In this document: piece after piece, positions 1 to 12,425 of the stretch | Layout of the letters: each line of letters opens with the position of its first letter | Position numbering within the stretch: the first letter of the stretch is position 1 | DNA from: Felis catus | Lineage: Eukaryota | Assembly (NCBI RefSeq): GCF_018350175.1 | Contig: NC_058369.1 | Coordinates: forward strand, 15,316,001 to 15,380,000 | Direction: 5' to 3' | DNA: 64,000 nucleotides | The notes under the pieces: model-generated | What the model was told of the DNA's origin: nothing | Databases searched by the model: none | Seen by the model: the letters and a program-made list of their open reading frames with translations, nothing else | Translations under genes and position numbers: made by a program

Positions 1-221
1 TGGGAATTGGGGCATTTCTCATGTGAACCCATACTTAGCAAAATTTAGTATGAATAAACCAGACTGCTTCTAAGAATAAATATGCTACTCTTTTAGAAAG
101 CCTATTATGTTTAAGAAAATTAGCAAGGGCTCTGTCTCAAGGCTTTCTTTCTTTCTTTTTTTTTTAATATAGTGACACTTGACCACCTGAATTTTGTTAT
201 ATTTGTTGCTTTAATGAAGAT

Positions 222-294
222 TTTTTTTTTAAGTTTATTTATTTATTTTGAGAGCGTGAGAGAGCGCACACATGTGTGCGTGGGTGGGAGAGGG

Positions 295-346
<52 letters not shown>

Positions 347-478
347 GCTCAAGCAGGCCCCGAGCTGTCAGCACAGCCCAACATGGGGCTCTAACTCACG
401 AACTGTGAGATCCTGACCTGAGCGGAGATCAAGAGTCAGATGCTTAACCACTTAACTGGTTGAGTCACCCAGGCGCCC
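222..478 (-). mobile_element. Can-SINE with expanded (AG)n tract
   Basis: T-tail, (AG)n at ~299-342, head ending ...cccaggcgccc. Confidence 0.9.
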
Positions 479-559
479 TGCTGTAATGAAGGTTTACAGA
501 GTACCTGCTGGGCACCCATCCTGAGCCAGACAGTACTGGCAAGGCAAGCTGACCCTTTT

Positions 560-690
560 CAGATAACCTTGATCCTCACAACAGTTTCCAGATGAGGAAA
601 GTGAGACCCAGGGGGACGAGCCATTTGTCCAGGGTCACCAGCGAGTCCACAGCAGACCCATGGACAGAGTCCGGGGCTCAGACTGCGGGC
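560..690 (-). mobile_element. MIR fragment
   Basis: cagatgaggaaagtgagacccagg...ttgtccagggtcac. Confidence 0.5.
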
Positions 691-1086
691 TTCAGCCTGC
701 CAACCCCATGCTCCTGCTGGATAGCACCTTCCATCTGCCATCAGGAGCTGACAGCCTGTCTGGGAAAGTGAACAAAACTCGAGGACCAAACTCATAGGGG
801 CAAAAAATCCGTTGGGTCCTAAAAGAGGGACGGATATATACTTGGCATTTCAGAGTCAGGTAGAATACAGGGCACTAAGCCTCCCTGGCATACCCCGTGG
901 CCTGGGAAGCCCACCAATTGTCCCCCCACACTGTGGGGAGGGGGACTCAGTGATTCTTGGATGCACTCGGGGACCCACGTTCTCATCTTCGTGCTGGGCG
1001 TCTGCCTGGTGTGTCACCTGTGTTTTCTGATTTAGTCCTCACGTCCATCCCAGGATTTGGTCCGGTTATTGACCCCTTCTACCAAC

Positions 1087-1255
1087 GTATTAGTTAGCTA
1101 TTGCCGCATAACAAACCGTCCCCAAATATAGCAACTTAACACAGTAAGTATTAGTTACTTCACATTTCCTGCGGGATAGGAATCCAGGTGTGGCTTAACT
1201 GGGTCCTCTGGCACAGGTTTCCTTGTAAGGCTGTCACCAAAGTGGAGGTCTCCTC
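1087..1255. mobile_element. MLT1 (MaLR) LTR fragment
   Basis: tattagttagctattgccgcataacaaac...ccccaaa...ggaatccaggtgtggcttaactgggt. Confidence 0.6.
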
Positions 1256-1278
1256 AAGAACTGTAAAATTGTAAGCTA

Positions 1279-1490
1279 GGGGCGCCTGGGTGGCTCAGTC
1301 GGTTGAGTGTCTGACTCCGGCTCAGGTCATGATTTCGCAGTTCGTTGGTTCAAGCCCCGTGTTGGGCTCTGTGCTGACAGCTCAGAGGCTGGAGCCTTCT
1401 TTGGATTTTGTATTTCCCTCGCTCTCTGCCCTTCCCCCGTTCGTGCTCTCTCTCTCAAAAATAAATAAAGATTAAAAAACATTTTTTTAA
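1279..1490 (+). mobile_element. Can-SINE
   Basis: ggggcgcctgggtggctcagtcggtt head (A/B boxes), CT tract, aaaataaataaa tail. Confidence 0.92.
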
Positions 1491-1555
1491 ACCTGTAGGC
1501 TAATTCTAAGTAATACACAGTCACTGTATGAAATCAGTGAAGTTAAGAAAAAATT

Positions 1556-1761
1556 ATTTTAATATTTATTTTTGAGAGAGGGAGAGAAACAGAGCACAAG
1601 CAGGGGAGGGGCAGAGAGAGAGGGAGACACAGAATCTGAAGCAGGCTCCAGGCTCTGAGCTGTCAGCACAGAGCCCGATGTGGAGCTTGAACTCACAAGC
1701 TGGGAGATCATGACCTGAGCCGAAGTTGGATGCTTAACTGACTGAGCCACCCAGGCGCCCC
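1556..1761 (-). mobile_element. Can-SINE
   Basis: Reverse-complement SINE; imperfect TSD gaaatcagtgaagtt / gaaattggtgaagtt. Confidence 0.92.
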
Positions 1762-2175
1762 TGAAATTGGTGAAGTTTAGAAAACTGTTTATAGTTTTGA
1801 GAAAATCACCCATGGTCAGTGTCATCCTGAGACAACCCCATGTCTGTTTATGTTGGCGTTTTTTTCCCCTGGTATTCTTTTTATTTTTTTCATTATATAA
1901 TTGGAGCCATAAAATACACTCAATTTTGTATCAAGTATCATATTCTCATGTCATTAAACGTTACATCGAGTTTATGTAAGGATATAATATTTAAGCCATT
2001 TCATTTGTTCTAGCTTTAGTGAACCTTGTACAGATATTCAGATAGAAAGACATCTTATGTAAGCATTTATAACACAAGTTTAAATATATGTGGCACATGT
2101 TTGGTTCATATAGCTCTCCCTGCTTTGAAAACACTCGTCACGAATGTCTTGTTAAAAAAGTCAAGGTGACATTGA

Positions 2176-2385
2176 GGGGTGCCTGGGTGGCTCAGTTGGT
2201 TGAGTGTCTGACTTCGGCTCGGTTGTGATCTCACGGTTTGTGAGTTCGAACCCCATATCGGGCTCTGTCCCGACAGCTTAGGGCCTGGAGCCTCCTTCAG
2301 ATTCTGTCTCCCTCTCTCTCTCTGCCTGTTCCCCATTCGCGCTCTGTCTCCCTCTCTCTCAATAATAAATACACATGAAATAAAA
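2176..2385 (+). mobile_element. Can-SINE with 22-nt TSD
   Basis: aaaaagtcaaggtgacattgag at 2155-2176 and 2382-2403. Confidence 0.92.
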
Positions 2386-2539
2386 AGTCAAGGTGACATT
2401 GAGAGGAAGAAAGCTTTTGAAGCAGTGCAGATACTGAGTCACGTAGACCCGTGTTTGGATCGTCATTTTGCCTCCTTGTAGCCACGCCACCTTAAACGGG
2501 TTACTGTGGGTCTCCATTCTCTGGTCTGTAAGATGATTA

Positions 2540-2745
2540 TTTTACTCACTCGACAGCCACTTACTAAATATCCACTGCCCCAGGTAGTGTTCTAGGCACT
2601 TGGAATACATCAGTGGGAGGAAAAAAGACAACACTCTTTGTTCCACAGAGGAACCTTGAAACCAGTGGACTGGGGGTCAGGGGAGGAAGGGAGACAAAAT
2701 GGGTGATAAACATAATAAATAAGTAATGAAGTATGATAGAAGGTC
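2540..2745 (-). mobile_element. L2 3' end fragment
   Basis: tactcactcgacagccacttactaaatatccactg...gtgttctaggcacttggaatacatcagtg. Confidence 0.6.
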
Positions 2746-2751
2746 TTAAGT

Positions 2752-2970
2752 GGGGGCTCCAGGGTGGCTCAATCAGTTAATCATCCGACTCAGCTCAGGT
2801 TGTGATCTCCCAGTTCACGGGATCAAGCCCCACGTCGGACTCTGTGCTGATGGTGTGGAGCCTGCTTGGGATTCTCTGTCTCCACCCCCCTCTGCCCCTC
2901 CCCCTGCTTGTGCACTTGCTCTCTCTCTCTCTCTCTCAAAATAAATCAATAAACATTAAAAAAAAAAAAA
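2752..2970 (+). mobile_element. Can-SINE
   Basis: Head, CT tract, A tail. Confidence 0.9.
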
Positions 2971-3807
2971 GGCCATAAGCGCTATGAAAAGAAAAAAGGT
3001 AGAACAGGGTAAGGGCAGGCAGGAGGACCAGGAGCGAACTGCAGTTTGAAATAGGGGGCTCAGGCCCCTGCTGCGATTACCAGAGAGACTGACTCCTGGC
3101 ATCGTAATAAGAACCGAACGACGGGCTCCTGAACGGCCCAGACCGAGTCCCAGTACTCCGTCAGGGCCAGGGAAATGCTTGCCCGCTGTTGTTACTCCTG
3201 AAAGGACAGTCACCCCGATTCCTTGATGTGATTCCTTCCGTATTCCCTCATTCCGCTCCCTTTTACCCAGACCTCCTGGGAGCGCGTGTTCGAGTCCGTC
3301 CAGGCACAGCCAGGCAGGCCAGGGTGTACTTTTCAAGGTGCCGTTTCACTCCCTGATGTCCCTCTGAGTCGAGAGGCCTGGGTTTCGGTTTCCCTTCTGC
3401 ACGCCCCCCACCAAGTTGGGCAGTCCCCCCCCCGCCCCCGCCCCGGCCCCCTGCCCTGGCCGAGTGTGTAAACTAGCGTGCACAGCGCCCGCCTCAGAGA
3501 GCTGCCGTGGGGAGTGAGATGAGAGGGGGGGAAAGACCAGTGTGGGGAGCGCAGAGCTGTGCACAGACGTGTCCTGTCACGTGCTAAGACCCCACCCCCC
3601 CGGCCGGGGCTGTGCTGTGCCATCTGAATCCGCTTTCTCTGCCCCGCTCCTGCCTGAGGTCCCTGTTAGAAGCATCTAAGCGAGGCCTTAGGCACCTTCC
3701 TTGTCACTCTCTTCCCCTTGTTGGCTTGGCACAGCCTTTCTTCCTAGAAGCGTTTCTCCTCCGGGCAGAGAAGTGAGCTGTCAGAAAGTCCGACATGTTT
3801 TTAACAT

Positions 3808-4037
3808 TTCTTTTTTTTTTAATTTCTTTTTTAACGTTTATTTATTATTGAGAGACAGAGAGAGACAGAGCATGAGCATGGGAGAGGCAGAGAGAGAGGG
3901 AGACACAGAATCCAAAGCAGGCTCCAGGCTCCGAGCTGTCAGCACAGAGCTGGACGCGGGGCTTGAACTCACGAACCACGAGATCATGACCTGAGCTGAA
4001 GTCAGACGCTTAACCGACTAAGCCACCGAGGCACCCT
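3808..4037 (-). mobile_element. Can-SINE
   Basis: TSD agtccgac(a/g)tgttttta on both sides. Confidence 0.92.
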
Positions 4038-4301
4038 GAGTCCGACGTGTTTTTAAGCAGCCGACCATTGAGCACAGCTAGTTACCCAATCTGGTTGCCG
4101 TACCTGTTGTCACAAAGGCGGGTTTCAGGTGGTCACTTCTTATTGTGTCCCGACTGTGTCTGTCTTGGGAAGGCAGAGAGGGCAAGGACTGACTGAGAAC
4201 GGAGGGTATCTGCTGTGGGCAGGACGGGCATCCAGGCAGGCGGGTGGAGAGATCCCTCTTAGAAAAGGACACTGGAGACCTTGCTAGAAATCACCTATCC
4301 A

Positions 4302-4522
4302 GGGGCACCTGGGTGTGTCAGCAGTCAGTTAAGCATCCGACTTCAGCTCAGGTCATGATCTCATAGTTTGTGGGTTCGAGCCCCACGTCGGGCTCTGTGC
4401 TGACAGCTTGGGGCCTGCTTGGGATTCCTTGTCTCCCTCTCTCACTCTGCCCCTCCTCTGCTCCCACTCTCTCTCTCTCTCTCTCTCTCAAAAATAAATA
4501 GTAAACATAAAAAAAAAAAAAA
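4302..4522 (+). mobile_element. Can-SINE
   Basis: Head, CT tract, A tail; TSD-like agaaatc(a/t)cctat. Confidence 0.9.
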
Positions 4523-6257
4523 GAAATCTCCTATTGACTCGATTGTGCCCTTGGCTCCCGTCAAAGCTTGATTAAATTCTGTGAAGACAGGAAGGCAGGA
4601 CTAGATCCTGTCTCTCATGCAGCATTTTGGAGGGAGATGTGTTGGGGGTGGGGGGAACCTCTTTGCGGGGATTCTCAACTCCGGCTGCACGTGAAGTTTC
4701 CGGGGCAGGGGTGGGACCCAGGCACCAGGAGCTGCTACTGCTCCTTCCCACGGTGCCGCCAAGTTCAAGAACCAGTGCTAAGTTTGGTGGACTTAATACA
4801 GGGGTGGCTGTTAATGTCCCACTCGGGCAGATTTCCCCCCTCTTCCTTTTGCCAGCACGGCAGGTGCACGGAACTGTGGACTGGAGCCTTGAACCAGCAC
4901 CAGTGAGGAACATCTAATACAGCCTGGATTTTTTTTTTTTTTTTGTCTTAAGCTGCACAATGTGAATCCTGAGGCTGGCTTCTCTGGCCTTTGAGCTATG
5001 CTATACTTTCAGAACCCCTTCCCTCTAGAACTGGAGAAACAGAGAAGGAATAAAAAAGACGAGGTCATTACCATACATTTCCCTTGGCTCCGTTGCAATA
5101 AGGACCAGAGGTCAAAAATGCCTGGTAGGAAAGATCAGTCTTTCAAAAGGGCCGTGGGCCCCTCTCTCCTCCATTTCCAGCCTTCATTGTTTGGAAGGCA
5201 GGAGGCCCACAGACCGGGGAGAGGTGGCAAATGCCTTGTCGCTGGAAAGCGTGACACGTGGTGGTTGCTTGCCTTTCTTACCAGCGTACGTGGCCGCCAA
5301 ACGTCGGACGAACATGCCGCCTTAGGTTTTTGTGTCATTGGTTGGATCCTGATAGCTACCCTGAATAAGGTGAGGTTGCAAGGCAGACGATGCATGATGG
5401 CTTTGCGTGATGTCAGCTGTTCTGTGATCTGGGACCGATGCCTGTCAGGGACGCCAAGGGACCAAGGAACAGAGACCCAAGTACACCCTGCTGGAGCAGA
5501 GGGGCGTTGGGGAGGTGACCTATCTGGCTCTCCCTGCCTGGGGTGGGTGTGCCCGAGAGGTGACGGAACGGCCGCGTGCAGAGTACTCCATCTGGTCATG
5601 TGTTGGCCCTTCCCCTCTTAAAGGCCACCTCTTTTTAGTCACAAGGCCGATATTTGGGAAGGGATAGCGATGGTGAGTGACAGTGACTTAGGTCCTCCGC
5701 TCTCCCTTTCGCCTTGTCCCAGCGGCCCCCGCCTCTGAGTGTGTGATAACGAGGCCAGTCTCACTGCTCCACGACACGCCCTGGGCCAAGCCAAGGGACG
5801 TGGCATCGGCCACCTCACCCACGTGGCCAGCACGCGCTCCGCAAACATTACTGCGTTTGTCCTCTCAGGTGGGATCCGTTACCCCAGTGTTCTCGACGGG
5901 GACACCTGGCTAGAGTCACAAAGCTAATGTCGATATGAGGACTCGAACCCGAGTCGGTTGGCTTCCAAGTGGTACGTCTTTCCCGTAGATCAGGCTCTCT
6001 CAGACTCTACTTGTGAGCAGCATAAGCCTGAGGAGACCTTCCGTGAGGTACATGGAAGGTGACTGACTGCCCGGATTCTTCCTTTACAGACCAAAAGCTG
6101 GTGTATGTCACGAACAGACAGGAAAGTAGGCCCAGTCTTCTTAGGCTTCGTCATGGCTAAATCACTGTGTAACAGGAGCTCCTGGCAAGGCCGATTTTGT
6201 TATTAACTCGTGTGCCTTGTGAGCTATGGGAGGCAGGCCTCAAAGGATGATGTTTGC

Positions 6258-6512
6258 TTTTTTTTTTTTTTATTTTTTTTCATGTTTACTTATTTATTTA
6301 TTTTTTTTTCGAGAGAGAGAGAGAGAGAGAGAAAGAGAGACCGAGTGCGAGCAGGGGAGGGGCAGAGAGAGAGGGAGACACAGAATCCGAAGCAGGCTCC
6401 AGGCTCCGAGCTGTCAGCATAGCGCCCGACGCGGGCCTTGAACTCAGGAACCGTGAGATCTTGACCTGAGCTGAAGTCAGACACTTAACCGACTGAGCCA
6501 CCCAGGCGCCCC
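6258..6512 (-). mobile_element. Can-SINE
   Basis: TSD caaaggatgatgtt at 6241 and 6512. Confidence 0.92.
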
Positions 6513-6715
6513 AAAGGATGATGTTCGGAGCCTCACCTGTGTTCTGAGGGAGCACACCTCCTGCACTGGGCTCTCTGTTTTGCCGTGAGTGTGCAAAATA
6601 CTTTAATGCTAAAAACCCGGTATCGTAAAATGGAAAATTGCAGCATGGAGGAATGAGTCCAGTTGAGATCCTCGATTCATAAATTTAGTCTCCTGACAGC
6701 TAGATTGTGCTTTCT

Positions 6716-7838
6716 GGAGTTCGGGGGGAAATAAAAGTCAACACCTTTATGTAGATCTACGTGGAGTACGGTTGAATTGCAGCTGTTTTTGGAGCTATAA
6801 CTTTGAATTACTTGGTTTTGTTATAAAAACGAGTTTACAGCAACATGGGTGTTGGCTTGTTTGGAAAACAGGGCAGAGGAAAGCAGGGGAACGAAAAGGG
6901 GCTTGGAACACGGTGAACATCCTTCGCTTGACCTCTCAGGTGGTCTCACGTCGGGGGGGGGGGGAGTTTTTTACCAGGTTGGCACCGCCCCCCCCAGCTT
7001 GCGGGCATCTATGGTTGACAGGCCCACGGACACAGGGCTCCCCCTTGGGGTCACTGGCAACGCTGGGCCTGGAGGGGGGCCAGATTCCAACAGACGTTTA
7101 TTTAAACTCTTATCTATTCAGCAACTGTCTCGTGGGAGGGGGTAAACTGATGTTGTATCAAGAAAAACTGTCTGCCTCTCCAATTTCAAAAGAGGAAATT
7201 TATTACGTGAAGTCATTACGTGAGATTTGCCAAGTCAGAAAACTACTTGGAGGCATACCATGTGATTTCAAATTTAGATCGCAGAATCAATCACTCGTTT
7301 CTCGGTGAGTAGCACTTTGCATACAGAGCGGGGTTGCAGACTTGATAGGTCTCTCTGCCTGTTGGTCTTGGAGTTGGTAGAAGGGTGGGGAGTTGGGTCC
7401 CACCACATAATTCCGGTGTACCTGAGAGACGTACTTCACAGAGATGCGCTCCCACCAGCTGGAGAGGGCAAGCCAAGTTAATTTACTTTGTTTCCACTTT
7501 TAGGGCTCTTTCTGGAATGCCCAGTAGAGAGTTGCTTTTGTTCACTGTCTCTTCATCTGCCTGCACAGGGTTTCTCCCCTTGGTACCGGTGACCTTCTGA
7601 GCTAAATAAGTTTTTGTTCTGGGGACCGTCTTGTGCATTGTAGGGTCCTGCCACCACACTAGAGTAGTGCCAGAGATGTTTCCAGGCATTATCAGATGTC
7701 CCTGGGGAGAGGATGGTCTGTGTTGACAACTCTTTTCTTGGGAGAAGGAAGGAAGCAAGGGCTGTTAACAACTGCAATCCAGCCGAACCCCACATAGATC
7801 TACGTAAAGGTGTCGACTTTTATATCCCCTTGAACTCC
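6716..7838. repeat. 72-bp inverted repeat (arms 6716-6787 and 7767-7838), 979-bp spacer
   Basis: Ungapped alignment by eye, 61/72 identical. Confidence 0.85.
7610..7732. mobile_element. MER20-like hAT MITE fragment
   Basis: gtcttgtgcattgtagg ... tccaggcattatcagatgtccctgggg ... gttgacaac. Confidence 0.55.
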
Positions 7839-8101
7839 GACCCCTCCCCCCAAAGACCTTTGTCTGCAGGAGTGGGATTTAAGTAAATAGTTCCCCAAAC
7901 ATGAAATTTCTAGCCAGTTGGCCAAAGTTTTTAAAGCGGTTTAATTCCATCAAGATGTCTTTGATGATTTTCACTGAGATGAGGCATCAGACACCCAGAA
8001 ATAGTTATTGGGATTTGGGGGGGAGGGGGTCTTTTAAATTAGCAAATCAAGAAAGGTTCCAGAAGGGTTCTGTGACTTTTTTGGGAAATGCATTTCTCTT
8101 C

Positions 8102-8321
8102 TTGTTTTTTTTTTTTTTTTCCTTCTTATATTTAGTTTTGAGAGAGAGACAGAGCACGAGTGAGGGAGGGGCAGAGAGAGAGGGAGACACAGAATCCCAA
8201 GCAGGCTCCAGGCTCTGAGCTGTGAACACAGAGCCCGACGTGGGCCTCGAACTCATGAACCGCGAGATCTTGACCTGAGCCGAAGTCGGACGCTTCACGG
8301 GCTGAGCCACCCCGGCGCCCC
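8102..8321 (-). mobile_element. Can-SINE
   Basis: Reverse-complement SINE; TSD-like ggaaatg..tttct. Confidence 0.9.
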
Positions 8322-9083
8322 TCAGGAAATGTGTTTCTGAGCCGGGTTCAGCATGTTTGTGGTTCTCACGGGCCTGGCTTCTGGGGAAGCCTGGTGAGTG
8401 CTAGTTCGGGCGTCTCTTCATGAGCAGAGTGCATGCTATTGAAGGTGCCGGCTGGGCCCTGTGGGCAGCAGATGGGAGTAAACGGGCAGGAGGGCATATC
8501 CTGTCCTCAGGATCTCCTCTGGGCAGGCGACGCGGGGGGACAGTGGGAACGAGGTGAACACGTGTTGAAATCCAACTGTCGGGAGTGGATTATGGTCCTT
8601 GGAGCAGTGGTTTTCAAGCTGTACTCTTAGCAGCTGACGTTACTTGTTTTTCAAACAATATGCGCAGAAACCCAATATAAATACAATGGATCAGAGCCAA
8701 GTTTGAGGCCAAGGGCGCAAGAAGGGGGCCCAGAGTCCCTTATCCCTCGCCTCACCTCGCCTCACCTTCCCTCATTTCTGAGAACGCGCCTTGCGTTACT
8801 CGTCTGACTGAAAGGCTAGTGCTTGGTTGGATAGTGATCTTTTTTTTTTTTTTTCCCCGACTGGATCTATTGTCTTTTTTTCTAGTAAAAGTAATTTTCA
8901 AAACCATAAATCAAGATGAAGATAATAATGATGTTCCATTGCTGTTTAATTTTTCTCTCAACATGGAGGCAGATTCAGGGGCTGAGAACATAACACATGT
9001 ACATACACATGTATATGTATATATATTCGTTTGAAGTATTTTGATATTCTATTATGAAAAACTTAAATGTATAGAAAAATAGA

Positions 9084-9273
9084 GGGGTGTCTGGGTAGTT
9101 TAGGCAGTTGAGTGTCCGACTTCGGCTCAGGTCATGATCTCACGGTTCATGAGTTTGATCCCCACATCCGGCTCACTGCTGTCAGCCCAGAGCCAGGTTC
9201 GGATCTTCTGTCCCCCTCTTTCAGCCCCTCCCCTGCTTCCACTCTCCCCTAATTAATTAACTAATTAATTAAT
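9084..9273 (+). mobile_element. Can-SINE
   Basis: Head ggggtgtctgggtagtttagg, (TAAT)n tail. Confidence 0.85.
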
Positions 9274-10165
9274 AGAGAAAAGAGAACTGTCTTTCCCTCA
9301 GTGTAACAGTTGTCATTATCTTGGTCACATTTGCTTTATGTCTTTCCTTAAACTAATGGATAAGAATTTTAAAAGACGTTCACAGTAACAAGGTCTGGGA
9401 GTATTTGTACCCAGTTCCCCCACCCCCCACCCGCCCCCTGCCCCAGTTCATCTTGTGGACCATTGTGATTTGAATTTAATTTGTGAAACCTACATGAGGG
9501 ATACAAATTTGATTCAGCACGCAAGCGTTCTTGGCGTCTGTGTAGTTTATTTTTCATTCAACAGTGCTTTGGGGATGCCTCAACCTGAGCAAAATGAAAC
9601 GTACTAGAACATTGCTCCTGCCCTGGGTTTTGTTAGAAAATGGGAGTTCTTAGGTGGCTTATCTGGAAAATGGGTGGTGTGTGCCACGCCTGCAAGGTCT
9701 GGGGTGGGCAGGTGGCGGGGTGGACAAACGATAATAAAATATCAGATGAATTTGGAGGTTTGGGGGAACAAGCCCTCCCATAGTGTGCTGGTCCCATTCT
9801 GGAGTTGGCAGAGTGCTTTGTGCATGATGTCCCTGCAGACCTGATGTCCTAGGGCCTCGGGACTGTATTGTGTGGGTCACAGCCTTGGCATGGCATGGGG
9901 CCAGCCCACCAGGGGACAGCTCTAGTGTGAGCAAAGCCGTTACACCAGTGGGTTATTCACTACCTGCCTTGCAACTGGGAGTGGAGGAGTGATCAGAGTT
10001 GAATTCCTTGTTTTCTCAGAGTTTACTGTGCTATTTTAGCACATAAAAGGACCCAGGAATCTTACATGAGAAAAAATAGCCCATTGGGGGTTCCAGGAGA
10101 TTAGCTGACACCTTGCCGGGTTCCTGTCACACTGGCCCTCCCATCCTGAGTTTTCAACTCTCTCT

Positions 10166-10188
10166 TCATTCATTCATTCATTCATTCA
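10166..10188. repeat. (TTCA)n short repeat
   Basis: ttcattcattcattcattcattca. Confidence 0.8.
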
Positions 10189-11041
10189 AAGAAAGATGGA
10201 GTTATATGCACTTTTGATAGAAGTATGCCTTGTATCAGTAGTCCATCCCAAATGGAACGATTTGGCCCTACCCTGCATTCATTTCTATGTTAGCTATTTT
10301 CTTGAAGTTCAAGAGCACTAGAAAAGAAACAATGTGGTATAGTGTAAGGGTTTTACGCTTACTTGAATTTATCAACATAGAGCTTGGTTAATCAGTAACT
10401 TATTTTTAAAGATTCTATAGCAAATGTGTTCTCAGGGCAGAAAACAGATTTTTGGAACCTCGGATTTAGGCTTGGAAATACAAGCCAGGTGATTTCTCAC
10501 TAAGTTTAATTTCTAATAATGATTTTAATGGGTCTTCCTAAACCAGGCAACAGCCTGAGTCACGGAATATAAATGAGTCTGAAGGAGCTTCCAGGTCCCA
10601 GTTATACGTAGAAACACAAGATTTGTTTTCAAATGAGCGTCCTACTGAAGCAGGCAGATATTCGTCTTGAATTCTGTGATTGCTTTTAAAATGAACTATG
10701 TTCACGAATTAGCATCACGATTCCCAAAATACGTGCTGACAAAAATGGTGATACCCAATTTCATACAGTGTAATTCATCTGTTACTTGCATGGATGGGGG
10801 GAGAGGTGTGCAGAAACTGTCAGTTTCTTTTCATTAAACTGACCCTGGGAAAGGTAGGGGTGGCGTTTCAGCAACTCCTTTCTTTCCAGAATGAATTGCG
10901 TCTTCCCTCACTTTACGAATTGGTAGAAAATATGTAAGTTGGTAAATATTTTTGCGGTGTGATCGCTTTTCAAAATTGAATCGCGAGGCCAACGCATCTG
11001 TTGATACTGATGTGAGGGGGAAGGTTTACAATGGCCTGTGA

Positions 11042-11161
<120 letters not shown>

Positions 11162-11174
11162 TAAAGATAGCTGC

Positions 11175-11234
11175 ATTTTATTTTATTTTATTTTATTTTA
11201 TTTTATTTTATTTTATTTTATTTTATTTTATTTT
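11175..11234. repeat. (ATTTT)12 pentanucleotide microsatellite (SINE tail)
   Basis: Read directly. Confidence 0.95.
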
Positions 11235-11466
11235 AATTAATTGTAATTTTATTATTTATTTACTGTGAGAAAGAGAGCATAAGTGAGTAAGGAGGGGCAG
11301 AGAGAGAGAATCCCAGGAGGGACAGAGAGAAAGAGAGAGAAACAGGGCTTGCGTTTTACCCAAAGTGGGGCTTGTGCTCTACCCGACGTGGGACTCGAAC
11401 TCATGAATTATGAGATCGTGACCTGAGCCGAAGTCAGTGCTTAACGACTGAGCCACCCAGGCACCC
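11175..11466 (-). mobile_element. Can-SINE with (ATTTT)12 tail, 20 nt downstream of an exon donor
   Basis: TSD aaagatagctgcatt / aaagttacctgcatt. Confidence 0.9.
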
Positions 11467-11862
11467 AAAGTTACCTGCATTAAAGAATTTTTTTATCTCC
11501 TCAGTCTTACTAGAGCACATCGTTGCTAATTAGCATACAGACCCTGTTTGCATAGGAGCAATGAAAATGAGCACTACCTCAAGTTCATGAAATCATTTTT
11601 AGCAGACCCAGAGAGTAACTACTGTCTGGCTTAGCACGGTGCCTCCAGAACGGGGCTGGGGCTTCTTAATTCTACCACAGAGTATCTGGTGCCGATAATA
11701 ACATCATGGAGGGAGCATCGGCAGAGCGGAAGTTTCTCTACTCTTAGCTCAGCTAGGAGTGCCGGCTGGGCGACCTCACTCCAGGAATTGTGGTTTGTCA
11801 TCTGCTAAAAGGGTGATAGCATCTCCCTTGCATGGCCTTGGGAAGATCAGAGGTGCTGTTGA

Positions 11863-12092
11863 TTTTTTTTTTTTATTTTTTAAAAATTTTTTTACGTTTA
11901 TTTATTTTTGAGACAGAGACAGAGCATGAACGGGGGAGGGGCAGAGAGAGAGGGAGACACAGAATCGGAAGCAGGCTCCAGGCTCTGAGCCGTCAGCCCA
12001 GGGCCCGACGCGGGGCTCGAACTCACAGACCGCGAGATCGTGACCTGAGCCGAAGTCGGACGCCTAACCGACTGAGCCACCCAGGCGCCCCC
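11863..12092 (-). mobile_element. Can-SINE (CpG-rich, young), inside a MIR-like remnant
   Basis: TSD cagaggt(g/t)ctgtt. Confidence 0.92.
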
Positions 12093-12239
12093 AGAGGTTC
12101 TGTTTAAAGAACAGCTATCATAGTGCCTGCACATCGTGGTCTCCCAAGAAACGGAGGGGCTTTTACTGCAGGGGCTCAGTAATGGTGGATAAGCCTCAGA
12201 TGCTGAGAGAGAGGGAAACACTGCCATAGTGTGGCCGGG

Positions 12240-12425
12240 TGCTGTACTCTCCAGTATAGTAGTCGCTAGCAGCGTGTGGTTGTTGATATTTAAAGTAATT
12301 CAGATGGAATAATATTAATAACGGTCCTCAGTCACCAGCCACGTTCATGCGCTAGTAAGCTAGTATTGAATAGCACAGACACGGAACATTTCCATCGAAA
12401 CAGAATGACCTACCAGCTGCACTGG
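12240..12425. mobile_element. MER3/MER33-like hAT MITE
   Basis: ccagtatagtagtcgctagcagcgtgtggt ... agcacagacacggaacatttccatc. Confidence 0.6.
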
